NCBI GenBank assembly: GCA_030390025.1
Contig: CM059432.1
Location: 50,842,001 to 50,906,000, forward strand
Source: Squalus acanthias
Lineage: Eukaryota
Length of the DNA: 64,000 bases
Direction: 5' to 3'
Shown here: piece by piece, positions 1-11,480 of the stretch
Numbering within the stretch: position 1 is the stretch's first letter
Layout of the letters: each line of letters starts with the position of its first letter
Notes under the pieces: model-generated
What the model saw: only the letters and a program-made list of their open reading frames with translations
Told to the model about the DNA's origin: nothing
Databases searched by the model: none
Made by a program: the position numbers and the translations under genes

Positions 1-1140
1 TTAAGAGAGGTGACCGAAGGAACAGTTGAATAGGTAGATTTTGAGGAGGCTTATGAAAACTTGGAGAACTGTGAAAGATGAAAAACTTTAGGAAGAGAAT
101 TCCAGAATGCTAGGTGTGATGACTGAAGACTTTGTCACCAATGGTAAATTAATGGAGGGGGGAAAGGAACGTACAGAAGGTCAGAGTGGAAGGTGCAAGC
201 TAGAACATAGGGGGTTAGAGGAAGTTGCAGAGGTAGGGTAAGACAAGGTCATGGAGGCATTTATAAGCCAGATTGAAAAGAATTTTGAAATCAATACACC
301 GGGGGACAGAGACCCAGTAAAGGATAAGGTGATAGGTGAGCAGGATAGGCTGCAGATGGCGGAGTTCTGAATTAGTTAGGGTTTGGGTAGGATGGAGGTG
401 GTAGCCTGTAAGAAGGCATTAGAGAAGTCAAATCTATATGTGGCAAAAGGTGGAGATAAGGATTTTGGGGAGTGGAGGGGGTGAAGTGCTGATATTATGG
501 AGGTGAAAGCAGGCTGTTTTGGTGATGGACTAGATATGAGGTTCAAAGCTCAGCTCAGTTAAAAAAGACACGAGATTGCACAATGTTAGGTTTAGATTGA
601 ACAAGCTGCCATGATGGGAGATGGAGTGGGCGGGGGCTAAAGTGTGAAGTTTCTGCTGGGAGCTGAAAGAGATTTGTTCAGACTTGCAAATGTTCCAGCT
701 CATCCATGATCTGAGGATGGCAGGGAGGTGAAGCTTCATGTCATTAGCATACAAATGGAAGCAGAACTCACGCTTGCAGCTAATGTTACTGACAGACAGC
801 ATGTAAATGAAATATAGGAGATTACCAAGATGGAACCTTCGGATATGCTGTTGGTGAGCATGCAGGTATGTGAGGAGTAGCCATTGCAGGCTGTGCTGCC
901 TATAGTAGAATGAAACCATGACTGGACAATGCTACATAGGTAGACCACAGAGAGGAGCTGGTGAAGGACAATGAAATTATCCACCATGTCAAAAGGTGCA
1001 GACAGATTGAGGAGGACAGGGAGAGATAAAATGTCACAGTTATAGTTGCACTGAATGTCATTGGTGGTAGCTTTGACTAAAGCAGTTTTCATCCTCTGCG
1101 TGGGTTGGAAAGTAGACAGAATGCATAGGAGCTTATAGCA
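1..1140 (-). mobile_element. Degraded L2-clade LINE, RT region
   Basis: Minus-strand ORF 736..1158 reads TALVKATTNDI...LLNLSAPFDMVD, a decayed form of the L2 RT motif STETALxKVTNDI...LLDLSAAFDTVDH; purine-rich L2-antisense texture continues to the window start. Confidence 0.75.
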
Positions 1141-1199
1141 TATGTATAAGTGGCACAAAGTGACCTCTCAGCCAACTTTCCTCTCCCCTCCTCTCGACA

Positions 1200-1929
1200 G
1201 CGGGAAAAATTGGGTCGCACCCCCTTTGGGGCGCTAACTTCGCTGGAGCGCTACTTTTAGCGCCCCGAAAATGTTAGCGCCCACGTGCCGGAAATTCAAT
1301 GGTAGCGCCCCAAGCAGGAAGCAGGGCACGACTGGAAGCGCTCCCCCTCCCTCTTGGGTCACTCCCATTGAATATCACGGCGCTACATGCAGCAGCGCCA
1401 TGCGCGTCAGTACTGCAGGCCTCCCTCCCCTCATTAAAGGGGAGGGGCCTAGCCCAGTGCACACCGGGGCCCAGCTGGACCACTGGGGAATGGGGTTGCC
1501 GGTAAAAGAGCCCAGCACTCAAGAGGAGTGCCGGGCTGACCGATCGCAGCTGGCACCCCGCAGGAGGAGGCGAAAGGGGGCAAGTGCTGGCAGGCGGCCC
1601 CAAAAAAAATGGCGGCCCGGCACCTGCCCTTTAATTTGCGCCGCCCTGGCCGCAAACATGGCATCCTGACCCTGTTGGACATAGCATCTGGCAGTAGGTC
1701 AGGCGGAGCGAGCGAAGTTTGCGGCCAGGGGCGCAAGAGAGGCGCTGAGTACAGCGATGACGTCATCGCCGGAGGCGCAGCACCACGGGGTGCTACCAGC
1801 TACTGCCGGTGCTAACCTCTCGCTGAATTTCGCGGGACGCGTTAGCGGCACCGTGGCCAGGCACCAGGTGCTTTGTGCCCTATTAGCGCCCCCCTAACAG
1901 GAGGCGCAAAGCAACCCAATTCTTCCCCC
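1200..1929. mobile_element. Non-autonomous PIF/Harbinger-like element (MITE family 1)
   Basis: TIR GCGGGAAAAATTGGGT / ACCCAATTCTTCCCCC; ACA directly repeated on both sides (1197-1199, 1930-1932); homologous inverted copies at 33038 and 38370. Confidence 0.85.
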
Positions 1930-2030
1930 ACAATTTGTTCCACAAAAATACCACTTTTGAATTGGCTACAATCGGGTACAATATCGTGCCCCATGATGAC
2001 TTGCCCTCTGATTTTTCCTCTCCTTTCCAG

Positions 2031-2111
2031 TGGAAAAGTACCAGCCCTATACTGTGTGTCTCCCTCATGTCACAGCCATAATTGGAAAGCTGTTGCACGG
2101 GGAAGCATAGG
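2031..2111 (+). other. Candidate 81-nt exon of an unidentified transcript
   Basis: Polypyrimidine acceptor tttttcctctcctttccAG and GG|GTAAGT donor; one open frame (GKVPALYCVSPSCHSHNWKAVARGSI) with no recognisable homology. Confidence 0.35.
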
Positions 2112-2522
2112 GTAAGTCTGTTTCTTGTAGCAGAGTATGCAACAGCAGATGCTGCAGACAATTAATAAGCTATTTTACACAGAAAATGGTAGCAGAAACA
2201 TTTTTCAGTGAATAAAGAATTTTGTTTCTACTCATAGAATATGGAATAATAATACAATTAATTTCTTTGCATCATGTTTAATGGCCACAGATTTGCGATC
2301 TTCATGCTAAAATGAACAAAATTTCTGAATACATTCCCCAAAACACAAATTAAAACCTCTGAATATCCCATAATATCATGCAGAGTTTCTTCAGGGTTCT
2401 AGCCCCAGTGGGGCCTAATTTGATTTATTGGGACCGATAATTGGTTATAGTGCAGCAGTGCCAACACCACAGTGCATTGGGCACTGGACATACTGGTGCC
2501 AAAGTGAACTGCCCTTACAAAC

Positions 2523-3585
2523 TGGAAAATCTTGCTTGACCAACCTCATTGAATTCTTTGAAGAGGAGCAGAGAGAGTAGACTAGGGGAATGTAGTAGAT
2601 GTAATATATCTAGATTTTCAAAAGGCCTTCGATAAGGTAATACATAATAGACTAATGAATAAGGTCAGAGCATGTGGAGTCAGTGGACAAGTAGAAGAAT
2701 GGATAGCTAGCTGGCTGCAAGACAGAAAGCAGAGAGTAGGGCTAATGGGTAGCTATTCAGAGTGGCAGAAGGTGGGAAGTGGGGTCCCACAAGGATCAGT
2801 GCTGGGACCACTGTTGTTCACAATTTATATTAATGATTTAGACTTTGGAATCAAAAACACAATTTCTAAATTTGCGGACTACACCAAATTGGGAGGAATA
2901 GTCAACACTGAGAAGAATTGCAATAAATTACAAGAAGACATTAATAAACTTGCAGAATGGGCATGTAATTGGCAAATTAATTTCAACATAGATAAGTATG
3001 AGATATATTTTGGTAAGAAAAATAAGGAGGTCACATATTGCTTGGAAAATAAGAAATCGAAATGGGGTAGAGGAGCAAAGGGAACTCGGAGTACAAATAC
3101 ACAAATCACTAAAAGTTGTGATGCAGGTTAATAAGGCCATAAAAAAAGCAAACCAGTCACTGGGGTTTATTTCTAGAAGGATAAAATTGAAAAGTAGAGA
3201 AGTTATGCTGAACTTGTATCGAACCTTGGTTAGACCACACTTGGAGTACTGTGTACAGTTCTGGTCATCATATTATAAAAAGGATATAGAGGCACTGGAG
3301 AGGGCGCAATAAATATTTACAAAGATGATACCAGAACTGTGAGGTTATACCTATCAGAAAAGGATGAACAGGCTGAGGGTTACCTAATAGAGGTCTTTAA
3401 AATTATGAAAGGTTTTGATAGAGTAGACACAGAGAGAGTATTTCCATTTGTGGGGAAGAGCAAAACTGGAGGCTATCAATATAAGATAATCACCAAGAAA
3501 TCAAATAGGGAATTCAGAAGAAAATTCTTTACCCAGAGAGTGGTGAAAATGTGGAACTCAAATTGAGGCGAATAGTATAAATGCA
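2523..3585 (+). mobile_element. CR1 LINE family A, 3' RT fragment
   Basis: Frames read SGVPQGSVLGPLLFTIYINDL...[41 protein letters not shown]; frameshifted. Confidence 0.95.
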
Positions 3586-4709
3586 GCTGAAGAAGCCTCA
3601 GTGGAGCAGGCCCGGTGCCTGCTCTGTGAAGTGCTGTCCAATTTGGCAGAGGGGTACTAAAACAGGCATTAGGCCCCTACTTTACATACGCAAGGAACCT
3701 AATGCCTGTTTTCGGGTTGGACGACCTTGGGTCGAAGGACATTGATCCCCAAAAATGGCCCTCGTTGCGCCGGTTTATGCCGTAAGACGGGCGAAACGAT
3801 GTCCGATTTCTACCCCAATCAGCCTTGCACAAACAGTGCACCAGGGGCTGCCTACCCATGCTGAGCTATCAGAGGTGGACTAGATCGCAAGCCTAAAGAC
3901 AAAGCACAAAGCACCATAGAGCTTCAGGTGTCACTGTAATCACATTCCATTCTAGACCAAAATTTGCAACGGGCTTCAATGCAACATTTTTGGAAATTAT
4001 AATGCCAAATGTAAAAAAAACTATAATTTTTTCTGTAGATACGCTCATATAAAATGTATTTTCACAAAATTGGTATTATGTTAATTTGGGAAGCAAACCA
4101 CCTGAGTGAGGCTGGTGACAACTGCAGTGGAGACCACGTCATGCTTGCTGTTATTTTGGTTCCCAGCTAGCCCGCTTCATGTTGGCACTTGAAGTTGTTG
4201 ATCAGGAGATAGTTGCACCAATGAGTAGGTGATTAACTTATGCCGGCGGTGTCTGATAGGTGGGTGAAAATAGAATCATCAGCAGATGGTGACTGGAAAA
4301 CTGTTATGGAACGATGCCTGTAGAATACTGAAAGGAATATTGGGGATCGACTTACAGAATGTATCGGCATTTGGAGAGTTACAAGTAGGAGTTTACCATA
4401 GAAAGACAAATTGGAAACTACCATTCCTAGAGTTCATGTTTGGTTAAACAATATAGTGCTGCAGAACTGGAAATCCAGTTTAAAATATGCATGATAATAT
4501 GGTGGAGGAATGTTGTACAGGCCCCATTACTTACACCGTCCATGCTTATCAGGGGCAGCTGCCTGTATCAGGTAAATAGCGCTGACCATTTGCCACATAC
4601 CGTAGGAGTCAATTACAAAGGCGATGCTTATAACATGTTAAGTGTGCCGGCTATTTGGGGCGGTGTCTGTGTTTGTTTAACAGGGTATGCTGACAGTCTC
4701 AATTCATTC

Positions 4710-4746
4710 AGTTCTGACGAAGGGTCATCGACCTGAAACGTTAACT
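4710..4746 (+). ncRNA. Minimal type-I hammerhead ribozyme motif (family 1)
   Basis: AGTT-CTGACGA-A-GGGTC(ATC)GACCT-GAAA-CGTT-AACT: helix I AGTT/AACT, CUGANGA and GAAA core boxes, helix II, palindromic AACGTT in place of helix III. Confidence 0.75.
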
Positions 4747-4843
4747 CTGATTCTTCCTCCACGATGCTGCCTGACCTGCTGAGTGTTTCCAGCATTTTCT
4801 GTTGTTGTTTCAGATTTCCAGTGTCCGCAGTATTTTGCTTTTG
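4710..4843 (+). mobile_element. Short Penelope-terminus insertion carrying a hammerhead motif
   Basis: Matches the end of the Penelope element at 38051-38187; possible imperfect TSD caattcattc / cagttcattc. Confidence 0.85.
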
Positions 4844-4998
4844 TACCAGTTCATTCGGTGTCTGTTCAAAAAACATAGATTAGAGAAGAAGCTACACTAT
4901 GATTGCTCCAATTGGTTAGTTAATCAATGAGTAACCGGGGGGACGGAATTAGAATCCAGCCAGCGGTTTGTTTCCTTCTCTGTTCCCGTTCTCTCTTA

Positions 4999-6057
4999 GG
5001 CCGCGATTTCACCGACCGAGGCGGGTCCGGGGCGGCTGGGGTCGGTGTCGCAGTCCCAGCCCGCTGCCTACTGCAGCCCACACTCTCCAAGTGATTTTAC
5101 ATTAATAGGGCTTGTTAAGCCCGCCCTACGCGTTTCCCGGCCAATTAATAGGAAGCGGGTCTGATGACGTCATTTGATGATGCGTCATCAGCCAGTTTCC
5201 TTAAAGGGGCCATGTCCAAATTGATCTTGACAGTTCTGCTGTCAGTGTTCTACAGCATTGAGGTGCTGCAAACACTGACAACCACTGCACAAAGGTGCAC
5301 GGCTGCACCCAGACTCTCCCATGACTCCCTCCATATGCTTATGGAGGAGTCACAGCATGCAGGGAGGTTCTCTTCCCTTCCCATGGGTGAAAGAGACCTC
5401 CCCAGGAGATCAAAACAGCCTGGATGCACATTGCACAGGAGGGCACAAGCAGGGATGTTGTCAGGAGGACCAGGCTGCAGTGGCGCAAACCTTTCAATGA
5501 TCTCAGTAGATCACGAAACGTTACTGCCAAGCCACACTCAACCTCATCCTGCTGTGCCACATCACATCCCCATCACTCTGCCTTCCCTACCCTACTCCTG
5601 CACATCTTTACTCACACCAACTTACCTTGCACCTCCACCCATCCCTCTCTATTTACATTATCACTTCCCCATCTCAGTAGCCACCCCTCACCCTCACCCT
5701 CATCCTAGTGCAATCATAGCAACTAACAACACACAAGGGTAGGCACTTGGGTGTTTTATGCAATGTTCAGGTAAATTTGCTGTTAATCTGTTACCTGACA
5801 TGATCTCCAAACGACGTGGGAAAATAGAAAAAGGCTGGCAAAATAGCAGTTAACAAGCGTTTAACAAGCATTTAACTATCTTAAATGCCTCCCCCGCCGC
5901 TTGGTGTCAGGCCTGTTCTGAATTCGCAGACCCAACACTTTGGAAACTTACATGGAGGCGGGTTTGGAGCGGGCTCCCAACCCGCTGTCAATCATTTTGA
6001 TTTTGACAGTGGACCCGCCTCCGTACCCGCCCTCTGAGTGCCGGCAAAATCGCGGCC
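4999..6057 (+). mobile_element. Internally deleted Harbinger element with Myb/SANT remnant
   Basis: TIR GGCCGCGATTT / AAATCGCGGCC; internal frames AAPRLSHDSLHMLMEE and RRTRLQWRKPFNDLSR resemble the Myb exon at 11481; related copy at 57462-58314; flanks (tta/aca) do not form a clean TSD. Confidence 0.75.
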
Positions 6058-7234
6058 ACAGTGTCTCTAAAAGACGATACACGGTTTGCATCGGGAATCG
6101 AGTTCGGATCCACCCTTTGATGGACAGATTAGAGTCGGTCACTGAATCACTGAGACACACAGGATGCTGTTAAATCTACCCCAGGGACTCTTTCATGAGT
6201 AGTGAGGAGGCTGCATAAACGGTGGGGCTGCTCTTGGCAATGCAATACTTTCATGTCAGACTACCGGGTGCACTGCCCGTTTCGTGCCCCCCACCTTCGA
6301 TCCCACCCCCAGTTAAAAATGACCCTCTTAACGATGGAGTGGAGAAGCACTGAGGAAATTCACCTCCAGAGAGTGCAACTGAGCTCCTTGTCTTTTCATT
6401 ACAATAATGGACAGCTTCGACCCAACGCAAATTGTGGATCTTTGATGTCATTGATTTTGGATGAGTTGGGTTACTTTCAATAAGTAATGCAGGCAACTGA
6501 GATTCAGCAACAATTGTATTCCTGACCTGTGAAAGTGCCTTTAAAGAGCTAGTGGGAATGACCTTTACCCTACTCCTCCTGCAGAATCAGTTGGCATCTA
6601 TTCTCCACACAGCAGCTTTGTGTCGAAACCCAGAACGTATTTACCCTGTGACCTATTTATCACCATGAAAGAAAAATCACTTCAGTCACATGAACTCCTA
6701 TAACATTGCACTCTCTAATCCGTTTTTAACTAAACGCGAAGATCATGAAATCTGTGGATATTAGATTTTGTTTTAAAGAACCTATGAAGCTGCATAGCAC
6801 CCAGTACAATAATAGAGGCAATTAAAGTGCAGTGAACACGGCACGAAGGAAAAGGTAGATGGAAGGCAAATCTTTGAAACCGCAAATAGTAGAGATTCAG
6901 AGATCAGCAAATTATAGATGGGGGAGGGGTGAGCTGTTAAAGATTTTGGTTGGGGGCCACTGCTGTAAGGTGACTGAATAGCTCAAATCTCATTTTTATT
7001 AATTAGGATTAGAAGAATTTCTGGATTTTTACTGGCGTTCTGGAGCTTACATTTCTATGAAAACTGCAAATTAATAGTGTTGCTTTTAATGTCCAGTATT
7101 TAATGACCAATTTTAAATGAATTTTAATAATGTTGTCAGTTTACTGTTCCCTGTGACATTTGAAATACCAATAGAAATATTAATTAAAAACAAAGCTAAG
7201 AATTTGACATCTCTTATATCTACCAGCTGCGTAG

Positions 7235-9890
7235 TTTTTTTATTCGTTCATGGGATGTGGGTGTCGCTGGCAAAGCCAGCATTAATTGCCCATTCCTAAT
7301 TGCCCTTGAAAAGGTGTTGGTGAGGCGCTGTCTTCAACCGCTGCAGTCCATGTGGTGAAGGTACTCCCACAATGCTGTTAGGGAGTGTGTTCCAGGATTT
7401 TGACCCAGTGACGATGAAGGAACTTGGAGGTGGTGGTGTTTCCATGCGCCTGCTGCCCTTGTCCTTCTAGGTGGAAGAGGTCGCGGGTTTGAGAGGTGCT
7501 GTCAAAGAAGCCTTGGTGAGTTGCTGCAGTGCATCTTGTAGATGGTACACACTGCAGCCACCGTACGCTGGTGGTGGAGGTAATGAATGTTTAAGGTGGT
7601 GGATGTGGTGCCAATCAAGCGGGCGGCTTTGTCCTGGATGGTGTCGAGCTTCTTGATTGTTGTTGGAGCTGCACTGATCCAGGCAAGTGGAGAGTATTCC
7701 AGCACACTCCTTACTTGTGCCTTGCAGATGGTGGAAAGGCTTTGGGGAGTCAGGAGGTGAGACACTCGTTGCAGAATACTGAGCCACTGACCTGCTCTTG
7801 TAGCCACAGTATTTATGTAGCTGGTCCAGTTAAGGTTCTGGTCAATGATGACCCCCCCAGGATGATAATGGTGGGGGATTTGATGATGGTAATGCCGTTG
7901 AATGTCAAGGGGCGGTGGTTAGACACTCGCTTGTTGGAGATAGTCATTGCCTGGCACTTGTGTGACCTGAATGCTACCTGCCACTTATCAGCCCAAGCCT
8001 GAATGTCGTTCAGGTCTTACTGCATGCAGGCATGGACTGCTTCATTATCTGAGGAGTTGTAAATGGAAATGAACACTGTGCAATCATCAGCAAACATTCC
8101 CATTCTGGCCCTATGATGGAGGGAAGGTCATTGATGAAGCAGCTGCAGATGGTTGGGCCTAGCACACTGCTCTGAGGAACTCCTGCAACAATGTCCTGGG
8201 GCTGAGATGATTGACCTCTAACATCCACAACCATCTTCCTTTGTGCTAGGTGTGACTGCAGCCAGTGGAGAGTTTTCCCCTCGATTCCCATTGACTTCAA
8301 TTTTACTCCTTGATGACACACTCGGTCAAACGATTGATGTCAAGGGCAGTCAGTCTCACCTCGCCTCTGGAATTCAGCTCTTTTGTCCATGTTTGAACCA
8401 AGGCTTTAATGAGGTCGGGAGCCGAGTGTTCCTGGTGGATCCTAAACTGAGCATTGTCAACGACACCATCCATCATTTGCTGATGATTGAGAGTGGACTG
8501 ATGGGGCGGTAATTGGCTGAATTGAATTTGTCCTTTTTTTTGTGAACAGGAACTACCTGGGCAATTTTCCACATTGCCGGTTAGATGCCAATGTTGTAGC
8601 TGTACTGGAACAGCTTGGCTAGAGACGCAGCTAGTTCTGGACACAAGTCTTCAGTATGACAGCCAGGATGTTGTCGAGGCCAATAGCCTTTGCTCTATCC
8701 AGTGCGTTCAGCCGTTTCTTGATATCACATGGAGTGAATCAAATTGGCTGATGACTGGCTTCTGTGATGGTGGAGACCTCAGGAGGAGGCCAAGATGAAT
8801 CATCCACTCGGCACTTATGGCTGAAGATAGTTGCGAACGCTTCAGCCTTGTCTTTTGCACTCATTGAGGATGGGGATGTTCATGGACCCTCCTCCTCCCG
8901 TTAGTTGTTTGATGGTCCACCACCATTCACGACTGGATGTGGCAGGACTGCAGAGCTTTGATCTGATCCGTTGGTTGTGGGATCGCTTCGCTCTGTCTAT
9001 AGCATGCTGTTGCTGCTGTTTAGCGTGTATGTAGTCTTGCATTGTAGCTTCACCAGGATGGCACTACATTTTTAGTTATGCCTGGTGCTGCTCCTGGCAT
9101 GCTGTTCTACGCTCCTCAGAGAACCAGGGTTGGTCCTCTGGCTTGATGGTCATGGTGGAATGAGGACTTTGCCGGGCCATGAGGTTACAGATTGTGGTGG
9201 AATACAATTCTGCTGCTGCTGATCCCCAGTTTCGAGCTGCTAGTTCTGTTATGAATCTATCCCATTTAGCACGGTGGTAGTGCTACATAAAATGATGGAT
9301 GGTGTCCTCAGTGTGATGACGGGACTTCATCTCCACAATGGCTGTGCGGTGGTCACTCCTATCAATACTGTCATGGACAAATGCATCTGCGACAGGTAGA
9401 TTGGTGAGGACGACATCAAGTAGGTTTTTCCCTTGTGTTGGTTCTCTCTCCATCTGCCGCAGGCCCAGTCTGGCAGCTATGTCCTTCAAGGACTCGGCCA
9501 GCTTGGTCAGTAATGGTGCTCCCGAGCCACTCTTGGTGATGGACTTTGAAGTCCCCCACCTATGTTCTGTGCCCTTGCTACTCTCAGTGCTTCTTCCAAA
9601 TGGTGTTCAACTTGGAGGAGTACTGATTCATCAGCTGATGGAAGGCGGTAGGTGGTAATCAGCAGGAGGTTTCCCTGCCTATGTTTGACCTAATGCCATG
9701 AGACTTCATGGGGTCCAGAGTCAATGTTGAGGACTCCCAGGGCCACTCCCTCCTGACTGTATACCACTGTGCTGCCACCTCTGGTGGGTCTGTGCTGCCA
9801 GTAGGACAAGACATACCCAGGGATGGTGATGGAGGAGTCTGGGACGATGGCTGAAAGGTATGATTCTGTGACTATGACTATGTTAGGCTA
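7235..9890 (-). mobile_element. CR1-clade LINE family B (APE remnant to 3' end, internally deleted)
   Basis: Minus-strand frames EPTQGKNLLDVVLTN, GVPQSSVLGPTICSCFINDLP, KAQVRSVLEYSPLAW; 3' UTR shared with copies at 25229, 45528 and 47371. Confidence 0.9.
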
Positions 9891-10689
9891 TACCACATTA
9901 GAACCTGATGCCCAATTCCTCACACAGTGACTTCCTTATCTCAGGCACACCATAAAGGGGAAGTGGCAAGTAGCCAGGGAGGAAAAGAGGAAGCGTGAGT
10001 CATACCAGGACATTCTTCTACACTTCCTAGTTGCCAATTACACATCAGCTTTGGCAGGGCCACAGGAGCGTATCAGCTGCCCGCCTTCTCCGCTGTACTA
10101 TTGCATGTGACGCAGAAACCTTGATTTTCCGATCAAGACATGGCTGAAATGGGCATGGATGATAGTGCTATTTTTTAGAACAGCGAAACATCTGTGCTAT
10201 CCCACCTTCATGTCACAGGTGCCGAAAGCAAGCAGGGTCAGGCCAACAATCCAATTGCAGAACTGGTAGAGCTGGCAACTGGCCTATCTCAGCATCCAGC
10301 CACTGGAGGTGGAGGATCACTTCATTCTCGAGAAGCTCTGTGGCTAAATAGCAGCCTGCCCCTAAGGTTACATTAAGGTTAAACAGTAGGTTTAAGGGAA
10401 AGCATTGGAGGACAGTTGGTACCGGCATACATCACATGTAAGGTAATAAAATCATTGGTTGCACTGCAATTAGACTCTTTGTAGAGAGTGTTTTTTTCTA
10501 AGGTTTTGATTGATATTTCAGCAGCTGACTGAATGGAAGTTTTAGGAATTCAGTAGGAGAGATAAGGTGAAGACAAATTAGTGGAGAATGTGGGCAAGAT
10601 GTAGACAGGACTGTTGATGCAATGAATGTTAGGAGAACATCTCCTGTATGAAATCGTAATAAATGGCTCTTCAGGCCCTGTAGCCCTTT

Positions 10690-10830
10690 CAACAACAACT
10701 TGCATTTTACACAGAAACACAAAATCAGACAAAAATGGACGCTTGAGCCAAAAAGGAAATATTAGGAAGGGTGACTAAAAGCTGGATTAGAGAGATGGGT
10801 TTTAAAATGGGTCTTAAAGGAGGAAAGAGA
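10690..10830 (-). mobile_element. L2 LINE 3' tail fragment
   Basis: Reverse of ...TAAAATGCAAGTTGTTGTTG tail; its far end resembles the sequence at window position 1-50. Confidence 0.6.
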
Positions 10831-10831
10831 A

Positions 10832-11131
10832 GTGCTGCAATTATATAGGGATTTGGTGAGACCGCACCTGGAGTACTGTGCAGTTTTGGTCTCTTTATCT
10901 AAGAAAGGATATACTTGCCTTGGAGGGAGTGCAACAAAGGTTCACCAGATCGATTCCTGGGATGAAAGGGCTGTCCTATGGGGAGAGATTGAGCAGAATG
11001 GGCCGATATTCTCTGGAGTTTAGAAGAATGAGAGGTGATCTAATTGAAATGTAAAATTCTTAGAGGGCTTGACAGGGTAGATGCTAAGAAACTGTTTTCC
11101 CTGGCTGGGGAGTCTAGAACTAGGGGTCACA
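10832..11131 (+). mobile_element. CR1 family A fragment, interrupted by the Harbinger at 11132
   Basis: [13 protein letters not shown] motif; breaks off at AGAACTAGGGGTCACA. Confidence 0.9.
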
Positions 11132-11480
11132 GGGGGCGAAATTCATTATTGCCCAGGAATGGGCACTAACTTTGGAAAAGTTTGAGATTTAATGCCAGGC
11201 GCTAATGAATCTCACTGCACGCTAAATTAAGTGTTAGCGCTCAAAGAAAGGACTGGAGCGCTAAATCAAACGCTAATGACCTAGCTCAGTGGCGTTAGAC
11301 TCAAAGCGCTAAGCAATTTCAGGTGCAGTCTAATTTTTGCCACAGACTCTTTCCAGTTCTTAAAGGGGAGGTTCAATCATGCTGCAGAACCTCATTCTCA
11401 GCATTGCTGGTTCTGCAGCTGTCTCAGCAAGCAGCAGAAGGCCAAGGAGAAGGAACCGGACCACTGAAGGAGGTGTCATT

